Source: an uncultured Pseudomonadota bacterium
Lineage (GTDB): Bacteria > Babelota > Babeliae > Babelales > JAUPTZ01
Assembly (NCBI GenBank): GCA_964429275.1
Contig: CAYSBJ010000001.1
Coordinates: 124,001 to 188,000, forward strand
Direction of reading: 5' to 3'
Length of the DNA: 64,000 nucleotides
The notes below the pieces were generated by a model. That model was not told the DNA's origin, ran no database searches, and saw nothing but the letters and a program-made list of their open reading frames with translations. The position numbers and the translations under genes are program-made. Of the stretch, positions 9,629 through 19,740 are shown piece by piece. The first letter of the stretch is position 1; each line of letters opens with the position of its first letter.

Positions 9629-12103
9629 TTATTGTGTCCGAAGCGATGATTGTCGCTGAGAGAGTTGAGTTGCTCGTGATAATGTTGGCTCTGGTGTGCT
9701 GAAGAAGTCATCTTGCATGAGATTATCAAAAACCCCTGGCGTAACATATTCCTGCGGTTTGACGTGTGGCATAGAAGCAAAACCTTCGTCTGGTTCATAG
9801 GCCATGCTATTTGTCTCGTGAATCTGGTAAAAAGACTGGTCTTTAGCCATCTCTACCTCATTTGGCATATGGCGGCGTTCAGCAAAGTCATCAATGATAG
9901 CCATATGCCCATCTTTGGGGCTGGCAGATTCTTTGTTGTGAATGTGGTTGTTTGGTGAAAACAAATAGCGCTGAATAGGATCCTTTGTTGCTGTTGCTGA
10001 ATCTCCTGTTAACACTTGATACTTGGCATAATCGAGTTTAAGTTGGGTATATTCGTCTGCCCCCAGTCCAAAGTGTGGCTTAATTACCGTAGGACGAATG
10101 AATATGTAGAGGTTCTTTTTTATATTTGTGCGTGTCTTATCTCTAAACAAATTGCCTAGGATTGGGATAGAGCCCAGGATGGGAACTGTCCAGGTTGAGT
10201 TGTCATGCTCGCTGCTTGTTAATCCGCCGAGCACAAGCACTTCTCCTGCTGCCATAGAAGCCCCTTTTACTGAGATTTCACGATTGGTTTTGTCTGAGCC
10301 AGAGTTTGTTGCGGAAACGAATTCGTCAACGGTGATATCCACTTCTAATTTGATGATGCCTGATGCGTTTACGTGTGGCGTAATTTTCGCTTGGATGCTG
10401 GCTGTTTGTGGCTGTAATATCTGTACAGGTTGTGTGCTGTTATTCGTCTGCACGGTGGGTATTTGGTGTGTAACGGATGATGCTATGATGCCAGTCTCGT
10501 TATTATTGGTTACGATGTACGGCTGTGATATAATGTCGCTATGATTTAATTTGTACCATGCGCGAATTGCGCCCCATACTTGATTTGATGATGCATTACC
10601 AAATGAAAGAATTGAAGATCCAATAGGCTCAAACGCCGTGTTGTTTAGCACGTTTGAAAGCCCTGGATTTGCTGAGTTTTGCAATTGTGATGGAAGTCCT
10701 AACATATATGATGAGGCGCTTATGTTATCACCAAGCATTCCGGTTGGCACTCTGAACTGGCTGCCAAGGCCTACATTATCATTTACTTGGACGTCAACTA
10801 TCATCATTTCGATAGCGACTTGTGCAACTGGTTTGTCTACTTCGTTAATGAATGCAGAGAGTCGTTGCCAGTCTTCTGGATTACATGCAATAATTAATCT
10901 ATTACCGCTACCAGGAGAGCCGTTTGTGCTGCTTGATATTTCTGGAGTAATGGTGACGTCTTGGAAAAATTTATATTCTCCTTCAACTAGGCCGGTCGGC
11001 CCACCGAGTCCTTTTGGTGGGACAATCATTGGCTCGAGTAGATCTTTCATTGCAGAGGCGCTGTAGTATTTGAGTTCCTTGATGTGAAGACGTGATTTTG
11101 CGCTCTCTAGTGGTATATCAAGATACTTGTTTATAAACGCAATAATTTTGTTAATAGCGTCTTCCATGCCCATAAAAATGAGGCGGTTATGCATCGGCTC
11201 GCTAAAGATTTTTGTGTCTTTAGAAAAATATGACATTTCTCTCTTTTTTTCTTCGCCAATAATGCGAATCTTTGAATTGTCTTGTTGCTGGTTCTGTATC
11301 AACTGCTCATTAAGGAGTTTAGCGAGTTGGTCGGCATTTGTATGATTAAGCTGCAAGATTTTAATATTCTGTCGCATCCCATTAACGTCAAGCTCTTTTA
11401 TGACACGTAGGGCTGCCTTAATGTAGTTGCAATTATCAGTGATAATACAGGCTTGTAGAGTTGCATTTACTTGAACCGCTTTGTCGCTCAGAAGTGGTGT
11501 TATAATATCTCGCGCGATGTCGATTTTAAGGTTTTTACAGAAGTATATGTAACGGCTAATCGTGTTGGTATCTGGCAAATCTTCTGGCTCTATGCCTCGC
11601 AGTGAGCTATAGCATGGCAGTGGGCTTTGTGGGCTTGTAGTAAGCGGTACAACACGATGGATACCATTTACTGTTACGATGGTAAAGTTGTTGGCTTCCA
11701 TAAGAATAAGCATGGTTTCCCAAGCTTCGTCTATTGTCATAGGTTCGCGAGAAACCAGGCTGACCTTAATGTTTACAAGGTCTTTATGCGGGATTACATC
11801 CATATTTTTGCGGTCTACTAAGTAATTAAGTACCGTCGTTAGCGAAGCATTATCAAAATTGAAGTATATAGTCCCTTCTGGCGGCTGGGCGTCATCTGTT
11901 TTTGCTTTCTCTTTAGGAGAGTTGCTCTGAGTATATTTTTTGATTACTGCGGTTTTTTTATCTTTGTTTGCCGGTGTGGCCACCGGTCTTTTTTTGAACG
12001 AGAATTTTTCTATCGTTGCATGAGATGTCTCATCTTTAACGGCGCTGTTACACGTGAGGTTTATACAGACGGATAGAAGCAGTAAATACCAATGTCCCAT
12101 CAT
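9629..12103 (-). CDS. gspD: Type II secretion secretin GspD, copy 2
   Basis: Signal peptide, N0 domain (FNFDNASL), N-repeat domains, QVAIEMMIVDV, VPILGSIPILGNLF, LYIFIRPTVI. Confidence 0.9.
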   Translation of the reverse strand: MMGHWYLLLLSVCINLTCNSAVKDETSHATIEKFSFKKRPVATPANKDKKTAVIKKYTQSNSPKEKAKTDDAQPPEGTIYFNFDNASLTTVLNYLVDRKNMDVIPHKDLVNIKVSLVSREPMTIDEAWETMLILMEANNFTIVTVNGIHRVVPLTTSPQSPLPCYSSLRGIEPEDLPDTNTISRYIYFCKNLKIDIARDIITPLLSDKAVQVNATLQACIITDNCNYIKAALRVIKELDVNGMRQNIKILQLNHTNADQLAKLLNEQLIQNQQQDNSKIRIIGEEKKREMSYFSKDTKIFSEPMHNRLIFMGMEDAINKIIAFINKYLDIPLESAKSRLHIKELKYYSASAMKDLLEPMIVPPKGLGGPTGLVEGEYKFFQDVTITPEISSSTNGSPGSGNRLIIACNPEDWQRLSAFINEVDKPVAQVAIEMMIVDVQVNDNVGLGSQFRVPTGMLGDNISASSYMLGLPSQLQNSANPGLSNVLNNTAFEPIGSSILSFGNASSNQVWGAIRAWYKLNHSDIISQPYIVTNNNETGIIASSVTHQIPTVQTNNSTQPVQILQPQTASIQAKITPHVNASGIIKLEVDITVDEFVSATNSGSDKTNREISVKGASMAAGEVLVLGGLTSSEHDNSTWTVPILGSIPILGNLFRDKTRTNIKKNLYIFIRPTVIKPHFGLGADEYTQLKLDYAKYQVLTGDSATATKDPIQRYLFSPNNHIHNKESASPKDGHMAIIDDFAERRHMPNEVEMAKDQSFYQIHETNSMAYEPDEGFASMPHVKPQEYVTPGVFDNLMQDDFFSTPEPTLSRATQLSQRQSSLRTQ

Positions 12104-12106
12104 GGC

Positions 12107-12664
12107 TTAATCTTCCCAAAATTGTTTGCGTTTTTTTGTTGCTATGGTGAGTTCAAATGAGATGGTCTTTTTGCCATCCTTTTTGATTTCAAGTTCTTTT
12201 ATGTAGACAATTTCATTGTTCTCTAGTGCTCCAAGTAGGCTCACTAACGATTGGGTCGTCTGTCCTTTGAATGTGGCTGCGAGCACGATTTCATCAAATG
12301 TCTCATTGCCTTCAATATCACGTCTTTCGGTATCCCAACCAGGTTCAGCTTTTAATTTTTGGTTAGAGGTAAGCGTCTCAAAAAATGTTTTTATGTTGAA
12401 TCCTTTATTAGTTTCTAAGAGTGTTTGTACGCGCTCTTCTTCGGCCTTGATACGCTCGCTCTTTGCCATGAGCGCGTCGTTTTTTTTGCTCTGTTCTTTG
12501 AGTTCATTAATAAGCTGAATATTGCTTTCTCTTTCTACATAAAGGAAGTATACAATGCCACCCAGCATTGCTGTTATTATGCCTACTGTTGCCGCAATGA
12601 AAATTCGATGTTGCTTCTTGTGTTGCTGTGCAATGGCGTCGCTTATGGTATCGAGTAAGTTCAT
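12107..12664 (-). CDS. GspM/PilO-like inner-membrane assembly protein
   Basis: Single N-terminal TM, coiled coil and ferredoxin-like C-terminus (LVSLLGALE..IYIKELEI); ATGA overlap with the upstream GspL-like gene. Confidence 0.65.
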   Translation of the reverse strand: MNLLDTISDAIAQQHKKQHRIFIAATVGIITAMLGGIVYFLYVERESNIQLINELKEQSKKNDALMAKSERIKAEEERVQTLLETNKGFNIKTFFETLTSNQKLKAEPGWDTERRDIEGNETFDEIVLAATFKGQTTQSLVSLLGALENNEIVYIKELEIKKDGKKTISFELTIATKKRKQFWED

Positions 12665-14277
12665 GCCGTTCCTTCACGTAGTTTAAAGCAAGCAGTAAAG
12701 CTTACCCCTTTGTCAGGTAGTTGTGTTGGGTCAATCTCTTGCGTGATAGCTAACGTTTTGCTGTTTCCGATGTCGTTTGCAAGCTCAGTGAAGTGCTTGA
12801 AGTCATCTTTGCCGGTTTTTGAGCGGAATACTCCTTTGACTTCAATTGGATGTGGTGCATCATTATCCCCAATAAATATGTGTTCAATGTCTATATCGAA
12901 CTTTTTCTTGTTAAAGAGTGAGGAAAGCTCTTGTAGAATTTCGAGTGGGCGCAGGCGTTGTGCTGAAAAAGCTGCCCAAAGCTCTTCTTGTTCTTGTATG
13001 TGGGTTTCAACTGCCTTTGCAAGGGCTTTGATGTTTTTTTTCTTGGCGTCGGGAGAGTCACTTGGAAGGGCGCTGCGCAAGCGTTTTAATTCTCGTAGAT
13101 CAAGAGCTTTTATATAAGCCGTTTCTTCCTCTATTTGGAGGTACCCTTGCACTCCGATAATCCCAAGTGTGAGAAGGAACAGGAGTGCCCCAGCAATGAG
13201 CTGCTGCTGAATAAGGGGTCGCGGTGAGAGTTCCAGGTCTTTGCGGCGAAGTGTGAAGGATTCATACGCCGCAGTGCGGAAGACTGCTCCTAGGACACGA
13301 CTGTATGTTTGCCATGAAGGAGCTTGGAGAGATAATTTTGTCTGTATTACTGGATTGGTTGCGAGCTGTTCTGTTGCCAGAATTTCGTATGGGCAATGAA
13401 TAGCTTTCTTTGCATATTCTTCAAAGCGAGGGGAAATGTCGGGGGACCCGATGAAGAATAGTTTTTCTATTTCTGGCGTACTTGTTTGCTTCATTTCAAA
13501 TGAGTTGAGTGTAAAACTAACTTCGTCGAATAATCGCGCATGATGAGAGGCTAAATCAACTATTAATTCATCGCCATCATCAGATTTTGCGGGGAGTTCT
13601 GAGCCCTTGAGAATTGTTCGTGATGCGATAAGCCGTTGATTATTTATTAATGCTATACGAGTAGATTGTGGGCCCATGTCAACAATCGCGTACGCATGTT
13701 TTAGTTTGCTGTAGGCTGGAATGTGACTGAAGAGTGAAATAATACTAAAAAGGTCTATGGTCATTTGTGTTGGCTCAATATCTGCCTTATGAAGAGCGTC
13801 GAGGAGTTTTTTGACTTCCTCTTTTTGCGCTGCTACGACTAATACCGTAGAAGCCTCTTTTACTTCACTTTGAGCGAGTATTACAAAATCAATAATGGCG
13901 TTATCGAGTTTAAAAGGAATTACCGATTCCATTTCATACTCGATAACCATTCGAATTTTTTCTTCATCAAGGAAGGGGAGTGTAAGTTCTTTGACAACAA
14001 CTTTTGACGAGGGAAACGTTACTATTATTTCAGCATTTTTTTCTATTTTAGGAGCAATTTTTTTTAGCGTCGTAGTGAGGCGTTGAGTGTATGTCCGCGC
14101 GTCGCCCGGATTGATTTGATATTCTTCAAGAGCAGTAATTACGGTCTTTGTTCGCGATTCCTGGGTGTGTGCAACATGTATGGTTGTCGATTCAATATGA
14201 AGTGCCACGCGCCGTATAGGAAAAAGAGGCTTGCCTTTTATGAAGGAAGGAAAGAATAAGTTTCGTAGTACCAACAT
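12661..14277 (-). CDS. GspL-like (PilM-PilN fusion-type) assembly protein
   Basis: Actin-like cytoplasmic domain (LTLPF, VIPFKLDNAIIDF, IVDMGPQSTRI), one TM near aa 361-380, periplasmic PilN-like domain. Confidence 0.78.
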   Translation of the reverse strand: MLVLRNLFFPSFIKGKPLFPIRRVALHIESTTIHVAHTQESRTKTVITALEEYQINPGDARTYTQRLTTTLKKIAPKIEKNAEIIVTFPSSKVVVKELTLPFLDEEKIRMVIEYEMESVIPFKLDNAIIDFVILAQSEVKEASTVLVVAAQKEEVKKLLDALHKADIEPTQMTIDLFSIISLFSHIPAYSKLKHAYAIVDMGPQSTRIALINNQRLIASRTILKGSELPAKSDDGDELIVDLASHHARLFDEVSFTLNSFEMKQTSTPEIEKLFFIGSPDISPRFEEYAKKAIHCPYEILATEQLATNPVIQTKLSLQAPSWQTYSRVLGAVFRTAAYESFTLRRKDLELSPRPLIQQQLIAGALLFLLTLGIIGVQGYLQIEEETAYIKALDLRELKRLRSALPSDSPDAKKKNIKALAKAVETHIQEQEELWAAFSAQRLRPLEILQELSSLFNKKKFDIDIEHIFIGDNDAPHPIEVKGVFRSKTGKDDFKHFTELANDIGNSKTLAITQEIDPTQLPDKGVSFTACFKLREGTA

Positions 14278-14279
14278 AA

Positions 14280-17273
14280 CTATCTACTTCCGAATAAAGA
14301 TTGTAAGCTGCTGCTCGTACGTGAAGGCGCTGCTTGTGTGTTTGACTGTGTATTGCGCTCTCCTGTTGAAAGGAGATTTTTTATTCCTGATCTGCGGCCG
14401 AGTACAAAAGAGCTGGCTTCTTTTTCGTCTGATTCAGGCGTATCTGGCGCGCCGTACTTTTGTTCATATTCAGCAGGAGACATCTCTTGGATTTTTTCCG
14501 TCTCTACTGGCTTGGTAAGTAGCTCGCCGAGCGAGTGGTGCGATAGCAGTGACCGAAGTTTTGAGCGTTTTTCAGAGAGCGCCTGGTCCACATCAAATAT
14601 AGCAATACTTGCCGGCTCATTGTCTGATGGAGCGGTCGCTTGTTGTGTTTCAAGAACAACTCTCTCTGGGATAGCTTCCTTAATAATTTGAGGTGTCGAT
14701 GTTTTCGTTGCGGCCTTCTCTTTGTTGGTATTTTTTTGAATGACTGCTTTCGGTGCCTCCACTTCAATTTCGTCCTTGTCTCGAGCGTCTCCTTCTCCTT
14801 CTTCTTCTTCTTCTTCACCTGAGGGGCGAGCTTTTTTTGCAGGCTCTTTGGCTTTTTTAGGTTTATATTTTTGTATGTATTCCTGCGGTGACGATTCCGT
14901 GTTATCGATTCTAAATGTTTCTTCTTTAGCCGTGTCTGCTGTTTGACTGCGATAGTAAGGATCAAAGCGTACGTCGACGTTATTCGGTTGATACCGAGCA
15001 TTAGCAAAATCGATAACTTTGTGCGAATAATTTTCTCCACTCGCATTGAAAAACCAGTTGTATAACGGATCGTTTGTTTTCACGGTTTTTATGGCTTCTT
15101 CTGTTTCTCTTGCTGCCTGATGTAATGCCATCTTCGTGTACATGCCAATACCAGGTGTTGTTCGTGGCTTAAGAATGGTTGGGCATAGGAATAGGAATAA
15201 ATACGATTTATTTACTGTGCGATTAAGGTTTTTAGCTATCCAGCCCAAAATTGGAATAGAGCCAAGGAGAGGTGTTTGCCCGCCTTTATCACTTATTTTT
15301 GTTTGAATGAAACCGCCAGTTACTAATACTTGTCCGTTCGCAACCATTACGGTTGAGTTGAGAGATTTTGCTTGTACTGTAAGGTTGCCCGTCTCTGGTA
15401 CGAAATCTTTTATTTCGGTGTGTATTTTGAGGCGAATTACCCCGTCACTATTTACTTGGGGAGTGAATGTAATGGTGGTATTTGCATCTTGCTGCGTTTT
15501 GCCTGTTAATCCTCCGGATCCGCCAGTTTGTTGCGTCTCGACCCAACTAGTACTACCGACCACAAGCTTTGTCTCAGTGCAGTTTGCGGCTACTGCAAAT
15601 GGTTGCGACAGTACTGTTGCATCCGTTTCTGTTTTAAGAGCTTGAAGTACTCCCCAGATTCCGTTGCTACTGGCAGCATTGCCTAAAGCAACTACCGATG
15701 ATCCGGTTCCTAGTGCGAGGGTAGATAATACGTTCCCCAGGATACTTTGAGTATTTCCTGTACCATCTGTAGTGAGAGCTGGAGAATTTATTGAGGCGCT
15801 TTGGGCCGTAACGCCACCACCAATACTATTTTGGTTTGGGGATCGCATTTGTCCACCAAGATTCATTAATGATGAAGCCGAGATGCTAACAATAAGCATC
15901 TGCATGGCGACTTGCGCTTTTGCAACATCCAGTTTTTTAATGGTTTCCTTGAGAAGAAGCCAGTCTGTTTCATCCGCGCACGAGACAAGCAATCGATTTC
16001 CGTCCTTGTCTGCTTGGAAGGTCATATTTTTAAAGTACTTTACACCATCACGTATCGCGCCGTATTGGCCTGCTTGTTTGCCGATCGATGAAGACTGTGA
16101 CGAGTCACAAGCGCTTTTTAGAATGGCGACCATATCTGCGGCATCTGAGTTTTGTAGATTGTAGATTCGAAGTGGTGATTTGGCTTGCTTAAGTTCTGTA
16201 TCAAGGTGTTCGACGATAAAGTTTTTTATTTTTTCCACTGATTGTCGCTGTCCCATCAAAATGAGCTTGTTAGTTCGCTCTTCAGGGATCAGCCTGGTGC
16301 CGGGCGTGAAGTATTCACTTGAATCTTGTGGTTTACCGAGCAACTTTGCCAGTGGGTTTACATCTTTAGAGGTAATAAGAGAATCAAATAAGGTTTTAAT
16401 GTCAGTCGCATTTGCTTTTTTGAGCTGCATAACATACACAGATTCTTCGACGCCAGTTTGATCAAGTTCATTTATTACGCGTATGGCAGCTTTAATGACG
16501 CACGAGCAGTCAGTGATAATAAATCCGTTAATATTTGCAGGCGTCATGATTGTTGCGCCTTGACTTAACATGCTTTGTAGAAGGTCTTTTACTTCGGCAG
16601 CAGGTAGATTGTTGAGTAGTGCAATATAGCGAACGGTGGCATCAGAATCAGGTAAAGTATCTGGTTTGACGCCAATGAAGGTAGGTAGTGGTTGGCGGAA
16701 TTTTTTATCTTTTGAAATCACGCGGTACAAGTTACCGATTTTTACAATACTGAGATTGGACATTTCGAGCACAGTCAAAAATGTATTCCATGCACCAGTT
16801 TTGCTTATTGGGTTACGAAAGTTGAGTGATATTTTATTCCCCGCAATTGACTTATCAGGAATGATATTCATTGATTTGATATCAGCAATGTACTCGACAA
16901 AGTTTTTAAGATCGGCGTTTTCAAAATTTAAGTACACGTCTTTTTTTTCATCGACAGGGCCAAAAAGGTCCGGGTTGCCGATTGCTTCTTTTGTTAGTAA
17001 TGACTCATTCGATACACTTGCGGAGGGTGATGCCGATAATATCTCATCATCAGGAATCGATGACTTTTCCTCACTAGTAGACGCGTTTTGAGGTTGTCTA
17101 TCAAATTCAAATTCGATAGGTTCAAACGGAACGCCTTCCTTGCTGAGGTTGTCAAATTGATTTTCTGCTAGCGCGGACTCTCCATTTAAGAAGTCTTCAA
17201 ATGGAAAACTGCTTACAGAAGAAAGCTGTAAGCATGCAATGAGCGCAATGGTAAAAATGTTTTTTTTATTCAT
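14280..17273 (-). CDS. gspD: Type II secretion secretin GspD, copy 1 (long acidic C-terminal tail)
   Basis: LNFENADL N0 domain, PEERTNKLIL, QVAMQMLIVSI, PLLGSIPILGWI, LFLFLCPTIL. Confidence 0.9.
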   Translation of the reverse strand: MNKKNIFTIALIACLQLSSVSSFPFEDFLNGESALAENQFDNLSKEGVPFEPIEFEFDRQPQNASTSEEKSSIPDDEILSASPSASVSNESLLTKEAIGNPDLFGPVDEKKDVYLNFENADLKNFVEYIADIKSMNIIPDKSIAGNKISLNFRNPISKTGAWNTFLTVLEMSNLSIVKIGNLYRVISKDKKFRQPLPTFIGVKPDTLPDSDATVRYIALLNNLPAAEVKDLLQSMLSQGATIMTPANINGFIITDCSCVIKAAIRVINELDQTGVEESVYVMQLKKANATDIKTLFDSLITSKDVNPLAKLLGKPQDSSEYFTPGTRLIPEERTNKLILMGQRQSVEKIKNFIVEHLDTELKQAKSPLRIYNLQNSDAADMVAILKSACDSSQSSSIGKQAGQYGAIRDGVKYFKNMTFQADKDGNRLLVSCADETDWLLLKETIKKLDVAKAQVAMQMLIVSISASSLMNLGGQMRSPNQNSIGGGVTAQSASINSPALTTDGTGNTQSILGNVLSTLALGTGSSVVALGNAASSNGIWGVLQALKTETDATVLSQPFAVAANCTETKLVVGSTSWVETQQTGGSGGLTGKTQQDANTTITFTPQVNSDGVIRLKIHTEIKDFVPETGNLTVQAKSLNSTVMVANGQVLVTGGFIQTKISDKGGQTPLLGSIPILGWIAKNLNRTVNKSYLFLFLCPTILKPRTTPGIGMYTKMALHQAARETEEAIKTVKTNDPLYNWFFNASGENYSHKVIDFANARYQPNNVDVRFDPYYRSQTADTAKEETFRIDNTESSPQEYIQKYKPKKAKEPAKKARPSGEEEEEEGEGDARDKDEIEVEAPKAVIQKNTNKEKAATKTSTPQIIKEAIPERVVLETQQATAPSDNEPASIAIFDVDQALSEKRSKLRSLLSHHSLGELLTKPVETEKIQEMSPAEYEQKYGAPDTPESDEKEASSFVLGRRSGIKNLLSTGERNTQSNTQAAPSRTSSSLQSLFGSR

Positions 17274-17295
17274 ATTTTATACATCCTTTGGTCAC

Positions 17296-18429
17296 TCATA
17301 ACACTCGCCGATTTGGCGCTCGGTTACGCATATCATCGAGTATTTTTTTGCGCATTTCTGCAACTGCTGCATCGTGTTGCTCGGCCGTGCGATGGACTTG
17401 ATCGAAACGACGACGAGTTTGTTGCCGTTGTGCATCTTTTCCGAGCTGGAAGAGGTCACTTGGCGCCTGATTTTTTGTCGCGTCTTTGCTGCCTTCGGCG
17501 GAGCCAAATGGTGATGGCTTTTCAATTCTCTTGAGCAAGTAAGATAAGTCTACATTCTTACCATCGCGTGTGAGGGAGAGGTGAATATAATCGCCGAGAT
17601 TAAGTCCAGCAATAGCATCATATATAGCAATTCGTTCTTTTGAGTTTGTGGCTCCTAAGTTGTTTACTTTGGTAATGATGTCGCCAGAAACCAAGCCTAA
17701 CTTTCCACCAAGAGTATTATGTTTTAGTGAGCCGATAGCAATACCAATAGCCTTCCCGTCTTTATAGGCACTGCAGAGGTCAAGAGCTTCTATTACTTCC
17801 CCTACGCTTGTTATCTCTTTAGTTATTTCTACTGGGTCTAGATGGTAGAGTGAATCATCAATTTTTTTAATTGCCGTATCCCACGATGAAAGACCTGGAT
17901 TTAATTTCTCTGGTTTGCGAAGATAAAAGGTTTCCTGTTGCCCGTTTGCACGAATAATAAGCATTTGATTTTTGATTATTTTAAGCACTTGTCCATCATT
18001 AATTTTGTCGCCAATATGATACATTTGCTCCTTGCCGGTGGAGTCGGCTACCATCACAATGCTATTCTTTGGTTGGGGTGACATGATTATCCCTTTGACC
18101 GTTGCATCGAGCGGAGGAATAAAGTCGACTCTTTGGTTTTTTGTCGGAACAGCAGCGTTTTTTACATTGAGTTGCGGAATTGGAGTGACAAGACTTTTAG
18201 ACACCGGTGCTGGTTCTGCAGGCGGGGAAAAAGTGTCAAAAAGATCGTTTTGATAGATCTTTTCCGGCGTCACGATAATGCGCGGAGGCTTTGCTTCTGT
18301 TTGTAGAGAAGCACGACGTTTATTTGAGGTTGTCGGAAGCTCTTGTTTTATAAGTTGCGCAATGGTAATGCTGATGACTGCAAGCACGACAAGAGTGCTA
18401 TTTATAATCCACAACTGCTGTTTTACCAT
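17296..18429 (-). CDS. gspC: Type II secretion protein GspC-like (TM + HR + PDZ)
   Basis: N-terminal TM, HR-like VKGII...YHIGDKI, PDZ-like LGLVSGDIITKVN; directly upstream of gspD. Confidence 0.8.
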   Translation of the reverse strand: MVKQQLWIINSTLVVLAVISITIAQLIKQELPTTSNKRRASLQTEAKPPRIIVTPEKIYQNDLFDTFSPPAEPAPVSKSLVTPIPQLNVKNAAVPTKNQRVDFIPPLDATVKGIIMSPQPKNSIVMVADSTGKEQMYHIGDKINDGQVLKIIKNQMLIIRANGQQETFYLRKPEKLNPGLSSWDTAIKKIDDSLYHLDPVEITKEITSVGEVIEALDLCSAYKDGKAIGIAIGSLKHNTLGGKLGLVSGDIITKVNNLGATNSKERIAIYDAIAGLNLGDYIHLSLTRDGKNVDLSYLLKRIEKPSPFGSAEGSKDATKNQAPSDLFQLGKDAQRQQTRRRFDQVHRTAEQHDAAVAEMRKKILDDMRNRAPNRRVL

Positions 18430-18463
18430 ATCAATACCTTTGCATGCCAAAATATTCAGAGTC

Positions 18464-18493
18464 AGCCTACTTTTCTTAAAGAAATAGTGTCAA
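18464..18493 (-). promoter_or_regulatory. Putative sigma70 promoter of the gspC-gspD operon
   Basis: Minus strand TTGACA-18nt-TAGGCT about 35 bp upstream of the gspC ATG. Confidence 0.5.
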
Positions 18494-18663
18494 GTCATGC
18501 AAAAATGGTCTTATTTTACTGCGTTTGATTGCGTAATTTGGATTCAAGTTTTGCGCCTGTGCTTTTGTGATAAAGGGAGGAGTGCCCGCCATATGTTGTG
18601 ACTGAGCGTGCGAGAACGATAACACAGAAATAAAAACCGGTCAAAAAGAGCCATTAGCAGGCT

Positions 18664-19650
18664 TTATGGTGATGGCAGCGTCTTTAAAATCGCGTGTACA
18701 ATAGCATCGCCGCGCATTGACTCTGCTTCTGCTTGATAGGTAAGTAGGATACGATGACGCAAAACGTCAGGCGCAATTGCTTTTATATCGTCTGGAATCA
18801 CGAAATGCCGCTTTTTTAAAAAGGCGTGAGCCTTGGCGGCGTGAAACAAGGCAAGTGTTGCCCGTGGGGAGGCGCCATGCATAATAAAAGGGACCAGGGT
18901 GTCCAGTTTATACGCTTGCGGATTGCGGGTGGCGAAAATAATGGAAAGTAGGTAGTCAACGACTTTATCGTCTACGTAAATTTCTTGAACCAGGGCCTGT
19001 GTTGTTTTTACTTCCTTTGCGGTGAGTATGCGATGTATTTTTTCTGGCTCAAAGACTGATTTAATAATCTTTTTTTCCTCTTCAAGTGACGGGTAGTTCA
19101 CTATTACTTTGAGCAGAAAGCGGTCCATCTGTGCCTCTGGTAGTTGATAGGTGCCTTCTTGGTCGATAGGGTTTTGGGTGGCTAGCACAAAAAATGGGCT
19201 TGGCAGTTTGAATGTTTCATCGCCAATGGTTACTTGCCGCTCCTGCATCGCTTCAAGGAGCGCCGACTGCACTTTTGCGGGAGCGCGGTTTATTTCGTCT
19301 GCAAGTACTAAGTTGGCAAAAATAGGCCCTTTTTTGGTGCTGAACTCTTCAGTTTTTGGGCTATAGATTTGAGTTCCGATAACGTCAGCAGGCAATAAGT
19401 CAGGGGTAAATTGAATGCGTTTACAGTCAAGCCCAATGGCTTCTGCAACAGCAGTAACAAGGGTGGTTTTTGCAAGTCCAGGGACGCCTTCTAAAAGAAT
19501 ATGACTGTTGCAGAGAATGCCAATAAGAATACGGTCAATTACTTGCTCTTGGCCAATGACGCGTTTTTTAATTTCTTGCTTGAGGGTTTGCCAGCGGGCA
19601 GCTTCCTCTTTAATGTTTTCTATTACTTCTGGTGCAACGATTTTGCTCAT
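18664..19650 (-). CDS. moxR: MoxR-family AAA+ ATPase
   Basis: LLEGVPGLAKT, RIQFTPDLLPAD, LADEINRAPAKVQSALLE, LPEAQMDRF, GASPRA. Confidence 0.93.
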   Translation of the reverse strand: MSKIVAPEVIENIKEEAARWQTLKQEIKKRVIGQEQVIDRILIGILCNSHILLEGVPGLAKTTLVTAVAEAIGLDCKRIQFTPDLLPADVIGTQIYSPKTEEFSTKKGPIFANLVLADEINRAPAKVQSALLEAMQERQVTIGDETFKLPSPFFVLATQNPIDQEGTYQLPEAQMDRFLLKVIVNYPSLEEEKKIIKSVFEPEKIHRILTAKEVKTTQALVQEIYVDDKVVDYLLSIIFATRNPQAYKLDTLVPFIMHGASPRATLALFHAAKAHAFLKKRHFVIPDDIKAIAPDVLRHRILLTYQAEAESMRGDAIVHAILKTLPSP

Positions 19651-19740
19651 ATGTTCCCCTGTAGTGTAATGTTGTTTCTTTTTTAAAGAGATGCCGGTTA
19701 TATACCAGAAAATCGGGGCGGTATGCAATAAGATGGCGTG

